Source of the DNA: an uncultured bacterium
Lineage (GTDB): Bacteria > Patescibacteriota > Minisyncoccia > Phycocordibacterales > GWA1-40-21
Assembly (NCBI GenBank): GCA_963716205.1
Contig: OY970290.1
Span: 303,417-367,416, forward strand
Direction of reading: 5' to 3'
DNA: 64,000 nt
In this document: positions 11,615-21,640 of the stretch, piece after piece
Numbering within the stretch: the stretch's first letter is position 1
Layout: every line of letters begins with the position of its first letter
Position numbers and translations under genes: made by a program
The notes under the pieces: model-generated
Told to the model about the DNA's origin: nothing
Databases searched by the model: none
Seen by the model: only the letters and a program-made list of their open reading frames with translations

Positions 11615-12082
11615 TTATTTTTTCTTAATTTCTTTTTGCTCAAGTTTTTGCAAAATTTTCATCATGATTTCATTCTGGTTTTCCAAATGAATTAAAATGG
11701 TGTCGATTTCTTTTTCCGCAACCTGATTGAGCTCAAAATCCGCCTGCGCGCGGACATCGGTGTGATATCCCTGTAAATTTTGCCCGACCATGACGATAGG
11801 CAAGAGAATCATCTGGATGAGGTTTGATATAAAAAGCCAGAGCACGAAAGCGGGAAACGGATCAAACCGGAGACTGACCGGCGCGATGATATTCCAGCCG
11901 AGCCAGAGAATTGTCCAGATGATCAATACGTAAAAAAATCCCATGGAACCGACTTTTTTGGTAATCCATGCCGCCAGCTTTTCCGTTTTTGTTAAATGTT
12001 CCATCTGAAGAAGATAAAAATTCCGTACTGATGGTCTTAATTTTCGCAATTCATTTCTCGTGAGTGGTTTTTCATTATTCAT
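11615..12082 (-). CDS. DUF1003-family membrane protein (start moved to internal Met MNNEKPL to avoid overlap with ctpA)
   Basis: Two TM helices plus conserved DUF1003-like stretch ...PFPAFVLWLFISNLIQMILLPIVMVGQNLQGYH...; original ORF 11615..12187. Confidence 0.55.
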   Translation of the reverse strand: MNNEKPLTRNELRKLRPSVRNFYLLQMEHLTKTEKLAAWITKKVGSMGFFYVLIIWTILWLGWNIIAPVSLRFDPFPAFVLWLFISNLIQMILLPIVMVGQNLQGYHTDVRAQADFELNQVAEKEIDTILIHLENQNEIMMKILQKLEQKEIKKK

Positions 12083-12187
12083 ATTTATAAATTTTATCAC
12101 ATCGCAATATGCAAATCCAGCCAATTTTATTGGACAACGGAAGATTATTTTGAGATAATGGCTTTTACAGTTATGACCAGCGAACAT

Positions 12188-13417
12188 ATGAAAAAATATA
12201 AAATAGTTATTCTTTCAACGATATTGACACTTATCGTATTTGGGCTTGGTATTTACGTAGGTAAGACAAGTGGGTATAATTCATCCGGAGAAGTTTTAAA
12301 TATCGTAGATGACGGTTCAGGAACGGTTTCTTCGTCAACAATCGATATGACGCCATTTTGGACTGTGTGGAACACGCTTGATGAAAAATTCGTCCAAACA
12401 CACAAAAATGTAAAAACTCCGACAAACGCCGATAAAATTTACGCTGCGATCCAGGGACTGACATCGGCATACGGAGATCCTTACACAGTATTTATGCCAC
12501 CGTCCGAGAGCACAGATTTCAATACGAATATCAGCGGAGATTTTGAAGGAGTCGGGATGGAACTTGCGCTTGATGATGCCGGCAACATTGTCGTTGTGGC
12601 GCCGCTCAAAGGCACACCGGCTTACGATGCCGGTATCAAGACTGGGGATATTCTTCTTTCTATTGACGGCACTTCGACTGCAAGCATTGATGTTGATACC
12701 GCCGTTGATATGATACGAGGCAAAGCTGGCACGACAGTTGATCTGACTTTTTCCCGAGCCGGACAGGCAAAACCGCTTGATTTCAAATTGGTACGAGCGG
12801 TGATTAATATTCCGACCGTTGATACGGCAACAAAGGGCGATGTTTTTGTTATCAGTCTTTATAATTTTTATGAACCGTCCGCGAGTCAATTTCAAGTGGC
12901 TCTTCGGGAATTTGTCCAATCAGGAAAGAGCAAATTAATTTTGGATCTGCGAGGCAATCCAGGTGGATATTTGGATTCTGCCGTTGATATAGCAAGCTGG
13001 TTTTTGCCACTTGGCGATGTCGTGGTCCGAGAAGATTTTGGTTCGAGCACTCCGGAACAAGTATATCGAAGCAAAGGATATAACGCGTTTAACAGCAATT
13101 TGAAAATGATAATTTTGGTAAATCAAGGTTCAGCATCAGCAGCAGAAATTCTTTCGGGAGCTCTTCAGGAACATGGCATTGCCAAGCTTGTGGGCACAAG
13201 AACATTCGGCAAAGGTTCTGTCCAGGAATTAATGCAGATCACTCCGGACACGTCACTCAAAATAACCATAGCCAGATGGCTGACACCGGACGGTATATCG
13301 ATTTCAGACAACGGACTTACGCCGGATTACAACGTGTCGATGACGGATGCTGATGTCGCCGCTGGAAAAGATCCTCAGATGGACAAAGCGATTTCTCTTC
13401 TTGACGGCACAAATTAA
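12188..13417 (+). CDS. ctpA: Carboxy-terminal processing protease (S41 family) with PDZ domain
   Basis: PDZ (GVGMELALDDAGNIVVVAPLKGTPAYDAGIKTGDILLSIDG), S41 catalytic region (ILVNQGSASAAEILSGALQEHGIAKLVGTRTFGKGSVQE); start taken at MKKYK (12188). Confidence 0.85.
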   Translation: MKKYKIVILSTILTLIVFGLGIYVGKTSGYNSSGEVLNIVDDGSGTVSSSTIDMTPFWTVWNTLDEKFVQTHKNVKTPTNADKIYAAIQGLTSAYGDPYTVFMPPSESTDFNTNISGDFEGVGMELALDDAGNIVVVAPLKGTPAYDAGIKTGDILLSIDGTSTASIDVDTAVDMIRGKAGTTVDLTFSRAGQAKPLDFKLVRAVINIPTVDTATKGDVFVISLYNFYEPSASQFQVALREFVQSGKSKLILDLRGNPGGYLDSAVDIASWFLPLGDVVVREDFGSSTPEQVYRSKGYNAFNSNLKMIILVNQGSASAAEILSGALQEHGIAKLVGTRTFGKGSVQELMQITPDTSLKITIARWLTPDGISISDNGLTPDYNVSMTDADVAAGKDPQMDKAISLLDGTN

Positions 13418-13435
13418 ATCGACTAGTATAAAAAT

Positions 13436-13882
13436 ATGAAAATAATATTATTGAAAGATGCGAAAAAGATCGGCAAGAAATACGAGATGAAAGAGGTCGC
13501 GGACGGTTACGCTATCAATTCGCTTATTCCGAGCGGGATGGCAGTGCCGGCAACTTCAAGCTACATAAAGTTTGTTGAAGCAAAGAAAAAACAGGATGGC
13601 GTCATGAAAGAGGAGTTTAAGAAAGCATTTGAGTATGCTCTGACAAAACTGCCAAATGGAAAGCTTCATATCAGTGGAAAAGTGAACGACAAAGGACATT
13701 TGTTTGCCGGCATTCAGAAAGATCAAATTATTGAGGAATTCAAAAAGGAAACTGGTATAATGCTTTCAGACGAACATTTTGAACTCGAGAAGCCATTGAA
13801 AGAAATAGGTGAGCATATCATAGAAATAAAGATAGAGGACCAAACATACAAACTCGTTGTTTTTGTAAAAGCAGAAGAATAA
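13436..13882 (+). CDS. rplI: 50S ribosomal protein L9
   Basis: MKIILLKDAKKIGKKYEMKEVADGYAINSLIP... L9 N-terminal domain; 148 aa. Confidence 0.85.
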   Translation: MKIILLKDAKKIGKKYEMKEVADGYAINSLIPSGMAVPATSSYIKFVEAKKKQDGVMKEEFKKAFEYALTKLPNGKLHISGKVNDKGHLFAGIQKDQIIEEFKKETGIMLSDEHFELEKPLKEIGEHIIEIKIEDQTYKLVVFVKAEE

Positions 13883-13893
13883 AAATAAATTAA

Positions 13894-13932
13894 AAAGCTG
13901 CGCCCTTTGGGCGCAGCTTTTTAATTTATTTT
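13894..13932. terminator. Bidirectional hairpin terminator between rplI and rpmA
   Basis: AAAGCTGCGCCC-TTTG-GGCGCAGCTTT flanked by A-run upstream and T-run downstream. Confidence 0.6.
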
Positions 13933-14205
13933 TTAGATTACATTTACAATATTTCTCCTCGTCACTGTGGAATCAAAATTATTTTTTCTCTTTGTTTTGA
14001 ATTCGACGGTGCCATTTGCAAGCGCGAAAAGCGTGTGATCTTTGCCGACACCAACATTCTTGCCAGCAAGAGTATCTCTACCTTTTTGTCTTATGATGAT
14101 TTGTCCGGTTTTTATAGCTTCGCCACTATTGATTTTCACGCCAAGATACCGTGGATTGGAATCTCTCCCGTTTTTTGATGCGCCAGCTGCTTTCTTGTGT
14201 GCCAT
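13933..14205 (-). CDS. rpmA: 50S ribosomal protein L27
   Basis: [24 protein letters not shown]... canonical L27; 90 aa. Confidence 0.9.
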   Translation of the reverse strand: MAHKKAAGASKNGRDSNPRYLGVKINSGEAIKTGQIIIRQKGRDTLAGKNVGVGKDHTLFALANGTVEFKTKRKNNFDSTVTRRNIVNVI

Positions 14206-14744
14206 TGTATTTTTATTGAATTAAAATCATCCCTTTTTCCCGAGATGTCTGATATAATCTTTACGAAATGAGTATAAAAGATTTTACCAGAAAAATCAAG
14301 CCTTTTTTGAGCGCGACAAAAATGAGGTTCATTGATATTAAAAATAAGGGAACTATATACTTAATTACCCTAGTTAAATGACTTTGAATAAATAAAGCGA
14401 AACTAGAATCAAAATTATCACAACAAGCTAAGAAAAAATAATATGGAAAAAGAAAAGAATGAATTGTCAGAGTTATTTGACAAAGCAACACCAAAATAGA
14501 AGAAAGCAATGATTGGTCATTTAGTAGCTCGCGCACAAGAAAAAATGGACAATCCATATGCTGAATTAGTGAAACACAATCGCAAGATATTATACACATG
14601 GATTGCGACGATTGCTGCTGCAAAGTCTGCTGGTCTGACGCCAGCGGCAAATTGTTCCTGATTAAATTAAAATCTTGAAAAGTTAACAGTCAAAAAACAT
14701 GAGCAAATTTATAAAATAACGGCTAATTAGAGCCATATTTTGTA

Positions 14745-14760
14745 TTTGACTATAGTCAAA
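14745..14760. promoter_or_regulatory. Perfect 16-bp palindrome TTTGACTATAGTCAAA (candidate operator) just upstream of a promoter-like element
   Basis: Self-complementary TTTGACTA/TAGTCAAA; 17 bp upstream of TTGACA(14777)-N17-TAACAT(14800). Confidence 0.35.
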
Positions 14761-14776
14761 AATAGTGGTCTAACTA

Positions 14777-14805
14777 TTGACAGTTTAATTCAGATATGCT
14801 AACAT
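14777..14805 (+). promoter_or_regulatory. Candidate sigma-70 promoter (TTGACA-N17-TAACAT) for the 14838 gene
   Basis: Consensus -35 with 17-nt spacer; followed by hairpin TCAGCC-AAGTAA-GGCTGA plus TTTTATT immediately before ATG. Confidence 0.35.
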
Positions 14806-14837
14806 ATTGAAGTCAGCCAAGTAAGGCTGATTTTATT

Positions 14838-15323
14838 ATGATGGAACTTATAACAACGTCGTTTTTCGTCTTCTCATCAATCTACGGAGGACCGACAGGA
14901 GCTGTAGCTGATAATTCAGCTGCAAGCACTGACGTAACCCCGACAGTAGCAATAGAAGCCACTACGACCATACCGACAAACGAAGGAATAAAAGCGCAAG
15001 CTGAAGCGTACTTCAAAGATACGCCAATTCTCGCCGATATAGCCTTTTGCGAATCAAGCTTTAGGCAATATGACGCGAATGGCAACGTTTTGAAAGGCGT
15101 AGTCAACAAAGGCGACGTGGGTGTCATGCAAATCAACAAATATTATCAAGGAAGTAAAGCTAAAGCCCTTGGTGATGATCTCAACACGTCTGAAGGCAAT
15201 ATGGCTTATGCAAAATACCTTTATGAAAAGGAAGGCACAAAACCATGGGATTCATCATCAGATTGTTGGAAAGGAGATGAAGCGTCAATTGCAACTTCAA
15301 CTAATTTAGTCGCAATGAGATAA
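14838..15323 (+). CDS. Small secreted lytic-transglycosylase-like (SLT/lysozyme-fold) protein
   Basis: N-terminal hydrophobic signal; SLT-type motifs AFCESSF (Glu-Ser catalytic) and GVMQIN...Y; 161 aa. Confidence 0.6.
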   Translation: MMELITTSFFVFSSIYGGPTGAVADNSAASTDVTPTVAIEATTTIPTNEGIKAQAEAYFKDTPILADIAFCESSFRQYDANGNVLKGVVNKGDVGVMQINKYYQGSKAKALGDDLNTSEGNMAYAKYLYEKEGTKPWDSSSDCWKGDEASIATSTNLVAMR

Positions 15324-15343
15324 AAAACAAGATTATAAATTAA

Positions 15344-15375
15344 TAAAAACTCCCGAAAGGGAGTTTTTATTTTAC
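15344..15375 (+). terminator. Rho-independent terminator
   Basis: AAAACTCCC-GAAA-GGGAGTTTT then TATTTT. Confidence 0.55.
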
Positions 15376-15478
15376 AAAGGGGAATATAGGTATAGAAATT
15401 ATAAGCATGTCGCACAATATATCTTTGCGGTACTATATCTAGAGTATGAGAAAACTAACCATTTATTTAATACCATGT

Positions 15479-15700
15479 TTATTTTCCCAATCCGGCTTTT
15501 ATTCCATTCCAGAGAACGCCAATGATAAGTGTATTCCAGAACCACATGACGGGGCCAGAAATCCATCCCCAAATAGTTTGTAGTATGCTCCAAAACCAAG
15601 CAAAATTTGCCTGCACAGGCTGAGAATGAATCACGTTGTTAATATTAACGCCAAAATAGCCCAAAACGATGAGTATGACGACAATAATGATTATGTCCAT
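15479..15700 (-). CDS. Small Trp-rich membrane protein (start at MDIIII, preceded by AAAGGAGG SD)
   Basis: Perfect Shine-Dalgarno AAAGGAGG 7 nt upstream of ATG at 15700; two predicted TM helices. Confidence 0.45.
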   Translation of the reverse strand: MDIIIIVVILIVLGYFGVNINNVIHSQPVQANFAWFWSILQTIWGWISGPVMWFWNTLIIGVLWNGIKAGLGK

Positions 15701-15778
15701 GATCAATCCTCCTTTGTTATATTTCATAAGAATTTATTTAAATGGATAAAATAACCTTTCTAGCATTATATCACAAAT

Positions 15779-17128
15779 TTATTGTAAAGCATCTATCGCA
15801 GATTTAATTCTTTTTAGCGATTCTTCTTTACCAAGGACAGTAAGCAAGGTAAAGGGATCGGAGGATTTTTCTTTTCCTGAAAGGGAAACGCGAAGCGGCC
15901 AGAGAACATTCCCTCTTCCGTTTTCTTCGGCAAATGGCATAAGTATTTTTTTAAGTGCATCAGCAGAAGAAAAAGCAGAAAAATCAGATGCTTTTTCAAG
16001 TAAAACAAGGACGGATCGCAGATTTTCCTCCGCTTCTTTTTCCGTTCCGCCTTTTTTCCAAACAACCATCCCTTTTTGGATTTTTGGTGCTTCAAAGAAA
16101 TATTGGACTTCCCCATCGGTTACCATTGTATCAATATTAGAAAAAACATTTATTCTGTCGACAATGATGGGCGCAATTTTTTCAATGATTTTTTCATCCT
16201 GATATTCTTTCGGGAATCTTTTAATAATTTCCTCAATAATTTTTTCTATTGGAAGCTTTTTAATATATTCTTTATTTATCCACAAAAGTTTTTCTTTGTT
16301 GAAAATTGCACCGGCTTTCTGGACTTTCATAATGTCAAATTTTTCTATGATCTCATCCATAGACAGTAATTCCTCGGTTCCGCCCGGATTCCATCCGCAA
16401 AAAGCCAGAAAGTTCACCATTGCTTCTGGCAAATATCCTTGCTTGCGATAATATTTGAGAGATACCAATTCCCCCTCTTTTCTTTTTGAAAGTTTTGATC
16501 TGTCAGAGTTTAAAATAAAAGGCATGTGAGCATAAACAGGTCGAGGCGCGTTAATTGCTTCCTGTATCAAAATTTGCCTCGGAGTGTTATATATTCCATC
16601 TTCACCACGGATGACATGATTGACTCCCATCTCAAAATCATCGACAACGACGGCAAAATGATAGATCGGTTCACTGACGGACTTTGCAATGACAAAATCT
16701 CCGAGCTCAGTTGTGTCCACGGTAACATCTCCACGGATCATATCAGTAAAGGTAATTTTTTTGCCTGGATTTTTCAGGCGAATAACTTCTGCCCGCTGTC
16801 CCTCCTTTTTAACTTCTTCTTTTGAAATATACGCTTTATCTTCGGCAATGATTTTTTCCAGATATTTTTTATATGTTTCTGAATGTTCAGACTGCTTGTA
16901 AATGTGATTAAAATCTATATCAATACCAAGCCATTTCAGACCCTCAATAATATCATCGGCATATTCTTTCTTTGACCGTTCGCGATCAGTGTCTTCAAGA
17001 CGGAAAAGTAAAGTGCCGTTATTTTTTTTTACAAAAAAGTAATTGAAAAGGGCTGTTCTGGCATTACCAATATGAAACCATCCGGTTGGGCTTGGTGGAA
17101 ACCGAGCAATGATTTTTTGTTTTTCCAT
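15779..17128 (-). CDS. gltX: Glutamyl-tRNA synthetase
   Basis: FPPSPTGWFHIGNARTALFNYFF (HIGH), KLSKR (KMSKS variant); 449 aa. Confidence 0.9.
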   Translation of the reverse strand: MEKQKIIARFPPSPTGWFHIGNARTALFNYFFVKKNNGTLLFRLEDTDRERSKKEYADDIIEGLKWLGIDIDFNHIYKQSEHSETYKKYLEKIIAEDKAYISKEEVKKEGQRAEVIRLKNPGKKITFTDMIRGDVTVDTTELGDFVIAKSVSEPIYHFAVVVDDFEMGVNHVIRGEDGIYNTPRQILIQEAINAPRPVYAHMPFILNSDRSKLSKRKEGELVSLKYYRKQGYLPEAMVNFLAFCGWNPGGTEELLSMDEIIEKFDIMKVQKAGAIFNKEKLLWINKEYIKKLPIEKIIEEIIKRFPKEYQDEKIIEKIAPIIVDRINVFSNIDTMVTDGEVQYFFEAPKIQKGMVVWKKGGTEKEAEENLRSVLVLLEKASDFSAFSSADALKKILMPFAEENGRGNVLWPLRVSLSGKEKSSDPFTLLTVLGKEESLKRIKSAIDALQ

Positions 17129-17179
17129 TGTGAAATTATAGCATATTTCACCAGATTTTTAATGTTTTTTTATTACCTT

Positions 17180-18292
17180 TTATTCAAAGGTAAAAACAAC
17201 AATTTCCGAATTGCTGCCGACTCGCATGGGCGGTCCCCATGTGCCGACACCGCTTGAAGTATAAACCTGCATTTTTTTGAATACATGAAAACCATATACA
17301 AATTTACCATAAATAATTTTGGCAATTAGGCTCAAGGGCCAGATTTGCGCTTTGTGAGTATGTCCGGAAATCTGAAATGAAATGCCGGCATGCGCCGCCA
17401 CCTCGATATCTTTTGGATCATGTTTGAGAAGAATGGATGGTTTATGCGGATCAAATGATATTGTGGCAAGAATCTTTTTAAATTCATTTTTATGAGAAAC
17501 GGTGCGATAATCAACGCCGATAATTTGCACACCGTCGATTTCAACCATTTCGTCTAGCAGTGTGTGAATATTTGCTAATTTGATAGCTTCGATAAATTTG
17601 CTATTGTCTCCGAATTCCTCATGATTGCCGGTAATGAAATATGTTCCAAGCGGAGCGTTCAAATTTTGAAGCGGTAGTACGGCTTTAATCAAATCCGGCG
17701 CTTGAGTGCCGTCATAGAGATCACCGCCGATAAAAACAATATCGTGCTGAATGTTATTTATCATTTCAACAATTTTTTGTGTAAAGAGATTATCATATAA
17801 TTGTCCGACATGCAGGTCACTGATCCATATCGCTCTTTTCCCATGCCATTGTTTTGGTAAGTTTGGCAGCTGTACAGTAATATTTTTTATGATGATTTTT
17901 CCTGCATGGAAAATTCCGTAGATGCTGAAAAACAAAGCAGTGCAGAGAAGGATTTTTCCTATTATCACATACAATTGCCCAGTCAGCATAAAAAGAAATC
18001 CATAAAGCGCGGAAACAAGAAACACATAGGTAAAAAATCCCATCCATAGTGATGAGATAAGATAATATAAACGCGTAAACGGATTGTATGCCCGCATGCC
18101 GAGGACACTGGAAATAATAAAACTTGCCGAAAGAATGCCAAGAATAAAAATAAGAATACTAGTATGAACAATTCCAAAAATAGTTATGAGTGCCAAATAG
18201 ACGACATAATTTGCAATATATAAGAACAGGGAAATAATAAGAAAAAATAACAATGCCGATTTGGAACTATTTGATAAAAATTTATTTTTCAT
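17180..18292 (-). CDS. Membrane-anchored metallophosphoesterase (calcineurin-like)
   Basis: ~5 N-terminal TM helices then GDLYDG...GNHE...GHTH phosphoesterase motifs; 370 aa. Confidence 0.75.
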   Translation of the reverse strand: MKNKFLSNSSKSALLFFLIISLFLYIANYVVYLALITIFGIVHTSILIFILGILSASFIISSVLGMRAYNPFTRLYYLISSLWMGFFTYVFLVSALYGFLFMLTGQLYVIIGKILLCTALFFSIYGIFHAGKIIIKNITVQLPNLPKQWHGKRAIWISDLHVGQLYDNLFTQKIVEMINNIQHDIVFIGGDLYDGTQAPDLIKAVLPLQNLNAPLGTYFITGNHEEFGDNSKFIEAIKLANIHTLLDEMVEIDGVQIIGVDYRTVSHKNEFKKILATISFDPHKPSILLKHDPKDIEVAAHAGISFQISGHTHKAQIWPLSLIAKIIYGKFVYGFHVFKKMQVYTSSGVGTWGPPMRVGSNSEIVVFTFE

Positions 18293-19412
18293 GTTTCAAT
18301 CCAAGATTCAATATTTCTTTTGCAATAAGCTCAGCAGCGTCGGTTTTGACAAAACTTTTTGCGCCATCTGACATCTTTTTCATGATTGCTACGTCATCCA
18401 TAATTCTTTTTATTTCTGCAAGCAGAATATGCGGAGACAGATTCCCCTCTTCAATAACCGTCGCTCCGCCGGATCTGGCGTAATAATAGGCGTTTTTTCT
18501 CTGATGATCACCATTTGAATCGGTAATCGGTATGACGATGCTCGGAATTCCCCAGTTGGCGATTTCAAAAATAGTCGAGCCGGCTCTCGTTATGGTGAGA
18601 TTTGCGACTCCGGCAGCCATGCTCATGTTGAGATTATCCAAATAATCAAATGGTCGGTAATGATCTTTATGCAGATTGTCGCCGAGCACAGTGTTTGCGA
18701 GTGCAATCGTTTCTTCCATGTTATTTTTGCCAATTTGATGAATGACATAATATTCTGCGACAAGATCCGGAAGAATGGTCACAATATTTTCGTTGATGAT
18801 TTTGGCGCCGAGCGAACCGCCGAGCACAAGGATAACAGGAATATTATCTTTGAGATTCAAAAATTGGTGAGCAGCTGAAGGCGTCTGTGCCAGTAAAATA
18901 TTTTTCCTTACCGGATTGCCAGTGACAGCGACTTTTTTCGTATCAAAAAATTGTGCAGCATCAGGATACGATACAGCAATTCTTTTTGCAAACTTCCCCG
19001 CCCAAAGATTTGTCCTTCCGGGAACCGAATCTGATTCATGGATGATGACCGGTATGCCAAAAAATCTTGCTGCGACAAGCACAGGGAAACTGGTATATGC
19101 TCCTTTACTGAAGATAACATCAGGAAAAATAGTAAAAACTTTTATCATTGCCGAGACAATGCCGCCGAATGTTTTGAATATGTCAAAAAAATTTAATAAT
19201 GAAAAATATCTTCGAGCTTTACCGGCAGAGATTTTTATAAATTGAATATTGTTTTCAACAAGCATATCGGCGTCATGCGGCGCGTCCGAGATATAAAAAA
19301 GCTCCACTGGAAGCAGTTTTTCATCTTTGACTATTTTGTTTATTTCTTCCGCAACTGCGATTAGAGGGTAGAAATGCCCTCCTGATCCGCCGCCTGTTAA
19401 AAGTATTTTCAT
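18282..19412 (-). CDS. murG: UDP-GlcNAc:lipid I N-acetylglucosaminyltransferase
   Basis: MKILLTGGGSGGHFYPLIAVAEEI (GT28 N-terminus), 376 aa, in mraY-ftsW-murG order. Confidence 0.9.
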   Translation of the reverse strand: MKILLTGGGSGGHFYPLIAVAEEINKIVKDEKLLPVELFYISDAPHDADMLVENNIQFIKISAGKARRYFSLLNFFDIFKTFGGIVSAMIKVFTIFPDVIFSKGAYTSFPVLVAARFFGIPVIIHESDSVPGRTNLWAGKFAKRIAVSYPDAAQFFDTKKVAVTGNPVRKNILLAQTPSAAHQFLNLKDNIPVILVLGGSLGAKIINENIVTILPDLVAEYYVIHQIGKNNMEETIALANTVLGDNLHKDHYRPFDYLDNLNMSMAAGVANLTITRAGSTIFEIANWGIPSIVIPITDSNGDHQRKNAYYYARSGGATVIEEGNLSPHILLAEIKRIMDDVAIMKKMSDGAKSFVKTDAAELIAKEILNLGLKHEK

Positions 19413-19416
19413 TGTT

Positions 19417-20517
19417 TTAAAGTTTCTCGAATGTTGAAATATTCAGAACAATTCCCAATTCGGCAAGCATAACAAGCATTGATGTTCCGCCTTGGCTGAA
19501 AAAAGCAAGAGGAATTCCGGAAAAAGGAACGATGCCGATTGTCGAACCGATATTCACGAATGACTGGATTGCTATGATTATAACAATTCCAACGACCAAA
19601 AGTCCACTGAAAGAATCCGGCGCTTTGACAGCTATGCGAAATCCCCGGAATATGAAAAAAAGCAACAGAGCGATAACGGTGACACAACCGACGAAACCGA
19701 GCTCTTCGCCGAGTACGGCAAAAATCGAATCGCTGACTGATTCGGGAAGAAAATTATATTTTTGAATGCTTTGCCCAAGACCTCTGCCAAAAAATTCGCC
19801 TGAACCGATTGCAATCAGAGATTGCTGGACCTGATAACCGGAGGTCAGGACGTTTTCCGATGGATGAACATATGTTTCGATTCGGGACATGACATACGGC
19901 CGGACGAGTGCGATCGCACTAATGCCAATTAATCCGATAATACCGAGAACAACAATATGCCTGAATTTGCCCCCAGCGGCGAGAAGCATAATGATTCCCG
20001 CAAGGCAAATAATCAAAAAGGAATCTGTGTCCGGCTGAAGCAAAAGCGGCACGCCGATGATGCCCAAAATAACGAGAAGCGGCAACAAGCCGAATTTGAT
20101 GCTTGAGACTTTATCTTTGGCAGACGAAAGCCACGCCGCCCAGTATGTCACAAAGCCGATATTCAAAAGTGCGACGGGCTGAAACGAAAGTCCGGCGAGA
20201 ATGATCCATCTTCGTGCACCGTTGATCCGTGCTCCGATATGCGGAATAAAAACAGCACAGGTGACTGCAAGCGAAATGAGAAAAATGACAAAGGCGTATT
20301 TTTTAAAAAATTTATACGGTATTTTTGAAAAGAGAAAACACGCCAGAAGTCCGAGGATGATACCGAAGAATGCTTGTTTAAATGCGGTCGCACCGAATTC
20401 GGCACTACTTGTCGCCAAAAGCCCCATGGATGCGGACATAAAAATAATAAAGCCGAATACTACAAGTCCGAAGATTGAAAAAAGAAATATTTTGTCTACG
20501 CTAGAATTTCTCGACAT
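19417..20517 (-). CDS. ftsW: SEDS-family peptidoglycan polymerase FtsW/RodA
   Basis: ~10 TM helices, 366 aa, between mraY and murG. Confidence 0.85.
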   Translation of the reverse strand: MSRNSSVDKIFLFSIFGLVVFGFIIFMSASMGLLATSSAEFGATAFKQAFFGIILGLLACFLFSKIPYKFFKKYAFVIFLISLAVTCAVFIPHIGARINGARRWIILAGLSFQPVALLNIGFVTYWAAWLSSAKDKVSSIKFGLLPLLVILGIIGVPLLLQPDTDSFLIICLAGIIMLLAAGGKFRHIVVLGIIGLIGISAIALVRPYVMSRIETYVHPSENVLTSGYQVQQSLIAIGSGEFFGRGLGQSIQKYNFLPESVSDSIFAVLGEELGFVGCVTVIALLLFFIFRGFRIAVKAPDSFSGLLVVGIVIIIAIQSFVNIGSTIGIVPFSGIPLAFFSQGGTSMLVMLAELGIVLNISTFEKL

Positions 20518-20518
20518 A

Positions 20519-21592
20519 TTAAATTTTTATCAGCGCCAAAATAATGCCGAACACGGCGCAGATGATACTGACAATCCAATACCGCATCGTCACTTTATAT
20601 CCTGGCCAGCCAACAGCTTCAAAATGGTGATGGAGCGGCGCGATGAGAAAAACTTTTTTCCCACTCCTAAATTTTTTTGAAAAAACCTGAATGATGACGG
20701 ACAGTGTTGTAATAATAAGCGGTAAAGCTATGACAGGCAGAACCGTGATTCCTCTGCCGTTACCGAGCGAGTCGGTCATAAACGCTACGACGGCGATGGT
20801 AATCGTCAGCGCCATACTTCCCGTTTCTGACATGTAAAATCGAGCTGGTGGAATGTTAAACCATAAGAATGCAAGAATTGATCCGATAATGACCGCACAA
20901 AAAGCCGCCAAATTTATTTGATTCTGGAAAAAAGCAATGACCGCATATGCCGCAAAAATCGAACCGAACACTCCCGCAGAAAGTCCGTCAATGCCGTCGA
21001 TCACTCCGCCGGAATAAATAAGAAGTGTGACAAGAATAAATATTGGTATAAAAAATATCCCAGTATTAAGGACTCCCATAAACGGAATGCTAACGGAATG
21101 AACATCAAGCTTGAAATAAAACCAGAGAGAAATAAAAAAAGAAATGATAGTGACCAGGAAAAGACGTTTTTTCAGCGAAAGCCCGCCGGCATAATTTCCT
21201 CCCGTTCCTCTGATTTCAAGAATGTCATCAACGAATCCGACCAGAGCCCCGAACAGAAGAACAAATAAAGGAATCCACGTTTGCCCTCTGCTCAAAAAAT
21301 CTAGTTTTGAAAATGTGCCATCAAAAATTTTCCCCAGTATCCAAAAAAGCACAATGGTGATGACCGCGGAAAGCCAAATGACAATGCCACCCATTCTTGG
21401 CGTACTGACTTCTTTTTCCGCATGCAAGCTGTTGAAAATAGGCGTGCCTCCGCCGGAAAGAGAAACCGTTTTCACTTTTTTCTTCCACATTTTGTGTTTG
21501 TAAAGAAAACGGGTCAAAACCGGAGTGCAAGCCATTCCGATAAGAAAAGCGATGACGGATGGCAGTATGACTTTAATGAGATTAATCTGCAT
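20519..21592 (-). CDS. mraY: Phospho-N-acetylmuramoyl-pentapeptide transferase
   Basis: Polytopic membrane protein with conserved DD...NxxNxxDGxDGL-type motifs (VGFVDDILEI, IDGIDGLSAG); 357 aa. Confidence 0.9.
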   Translation of the reverse strand: MQINLIKVILPSVIAFLIGMACTPVLTRFLYKHKMWKKKVKTVSLSGGGTPIFNSLHAEKEVSTPRMGGIVIWLSAVITIVLFWILGKIFDGTFSKLDFLSRGQTWIPLFVLLFGALVGFVDDILEIRGTGGNYAGGLSLKKRLFLVTIISFFISLWFYFKLDVHSVSIPFMGVLNTGIFFIPIFILVTLLIYSGGVIDGIDGLSAGVFGSIFAAYAVIAFFQNQINLAAFCAVIIGSILAFLWFNIPPARFYMSETGSMALTITIAVVAFMTDSLGNGRGITVLPVIALPLIITTLSVIIQVFSKKFRSGKKVFLIAPLHHHFEAVGWPGYKVTMRYWIVSIICAVFGIILALIKI

Positions 21593-21640
21593 TGTGCTGT
21601 CGATTATAGAACTTTTTGGCGGAAAAAACCAGTATGAATA

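Noticed and set aside
14261-14650. 129-aa minus-strand ORF in the rpmA-SLT intergenic region
   Set aside because: Low-complexity Leu/Ser/Cys/Phe-rich translation, no RBS, lies antisense to a more plausible small plus-strand ORF and over palindromic/AT-rich regulatory-looking DNA; likely spurious
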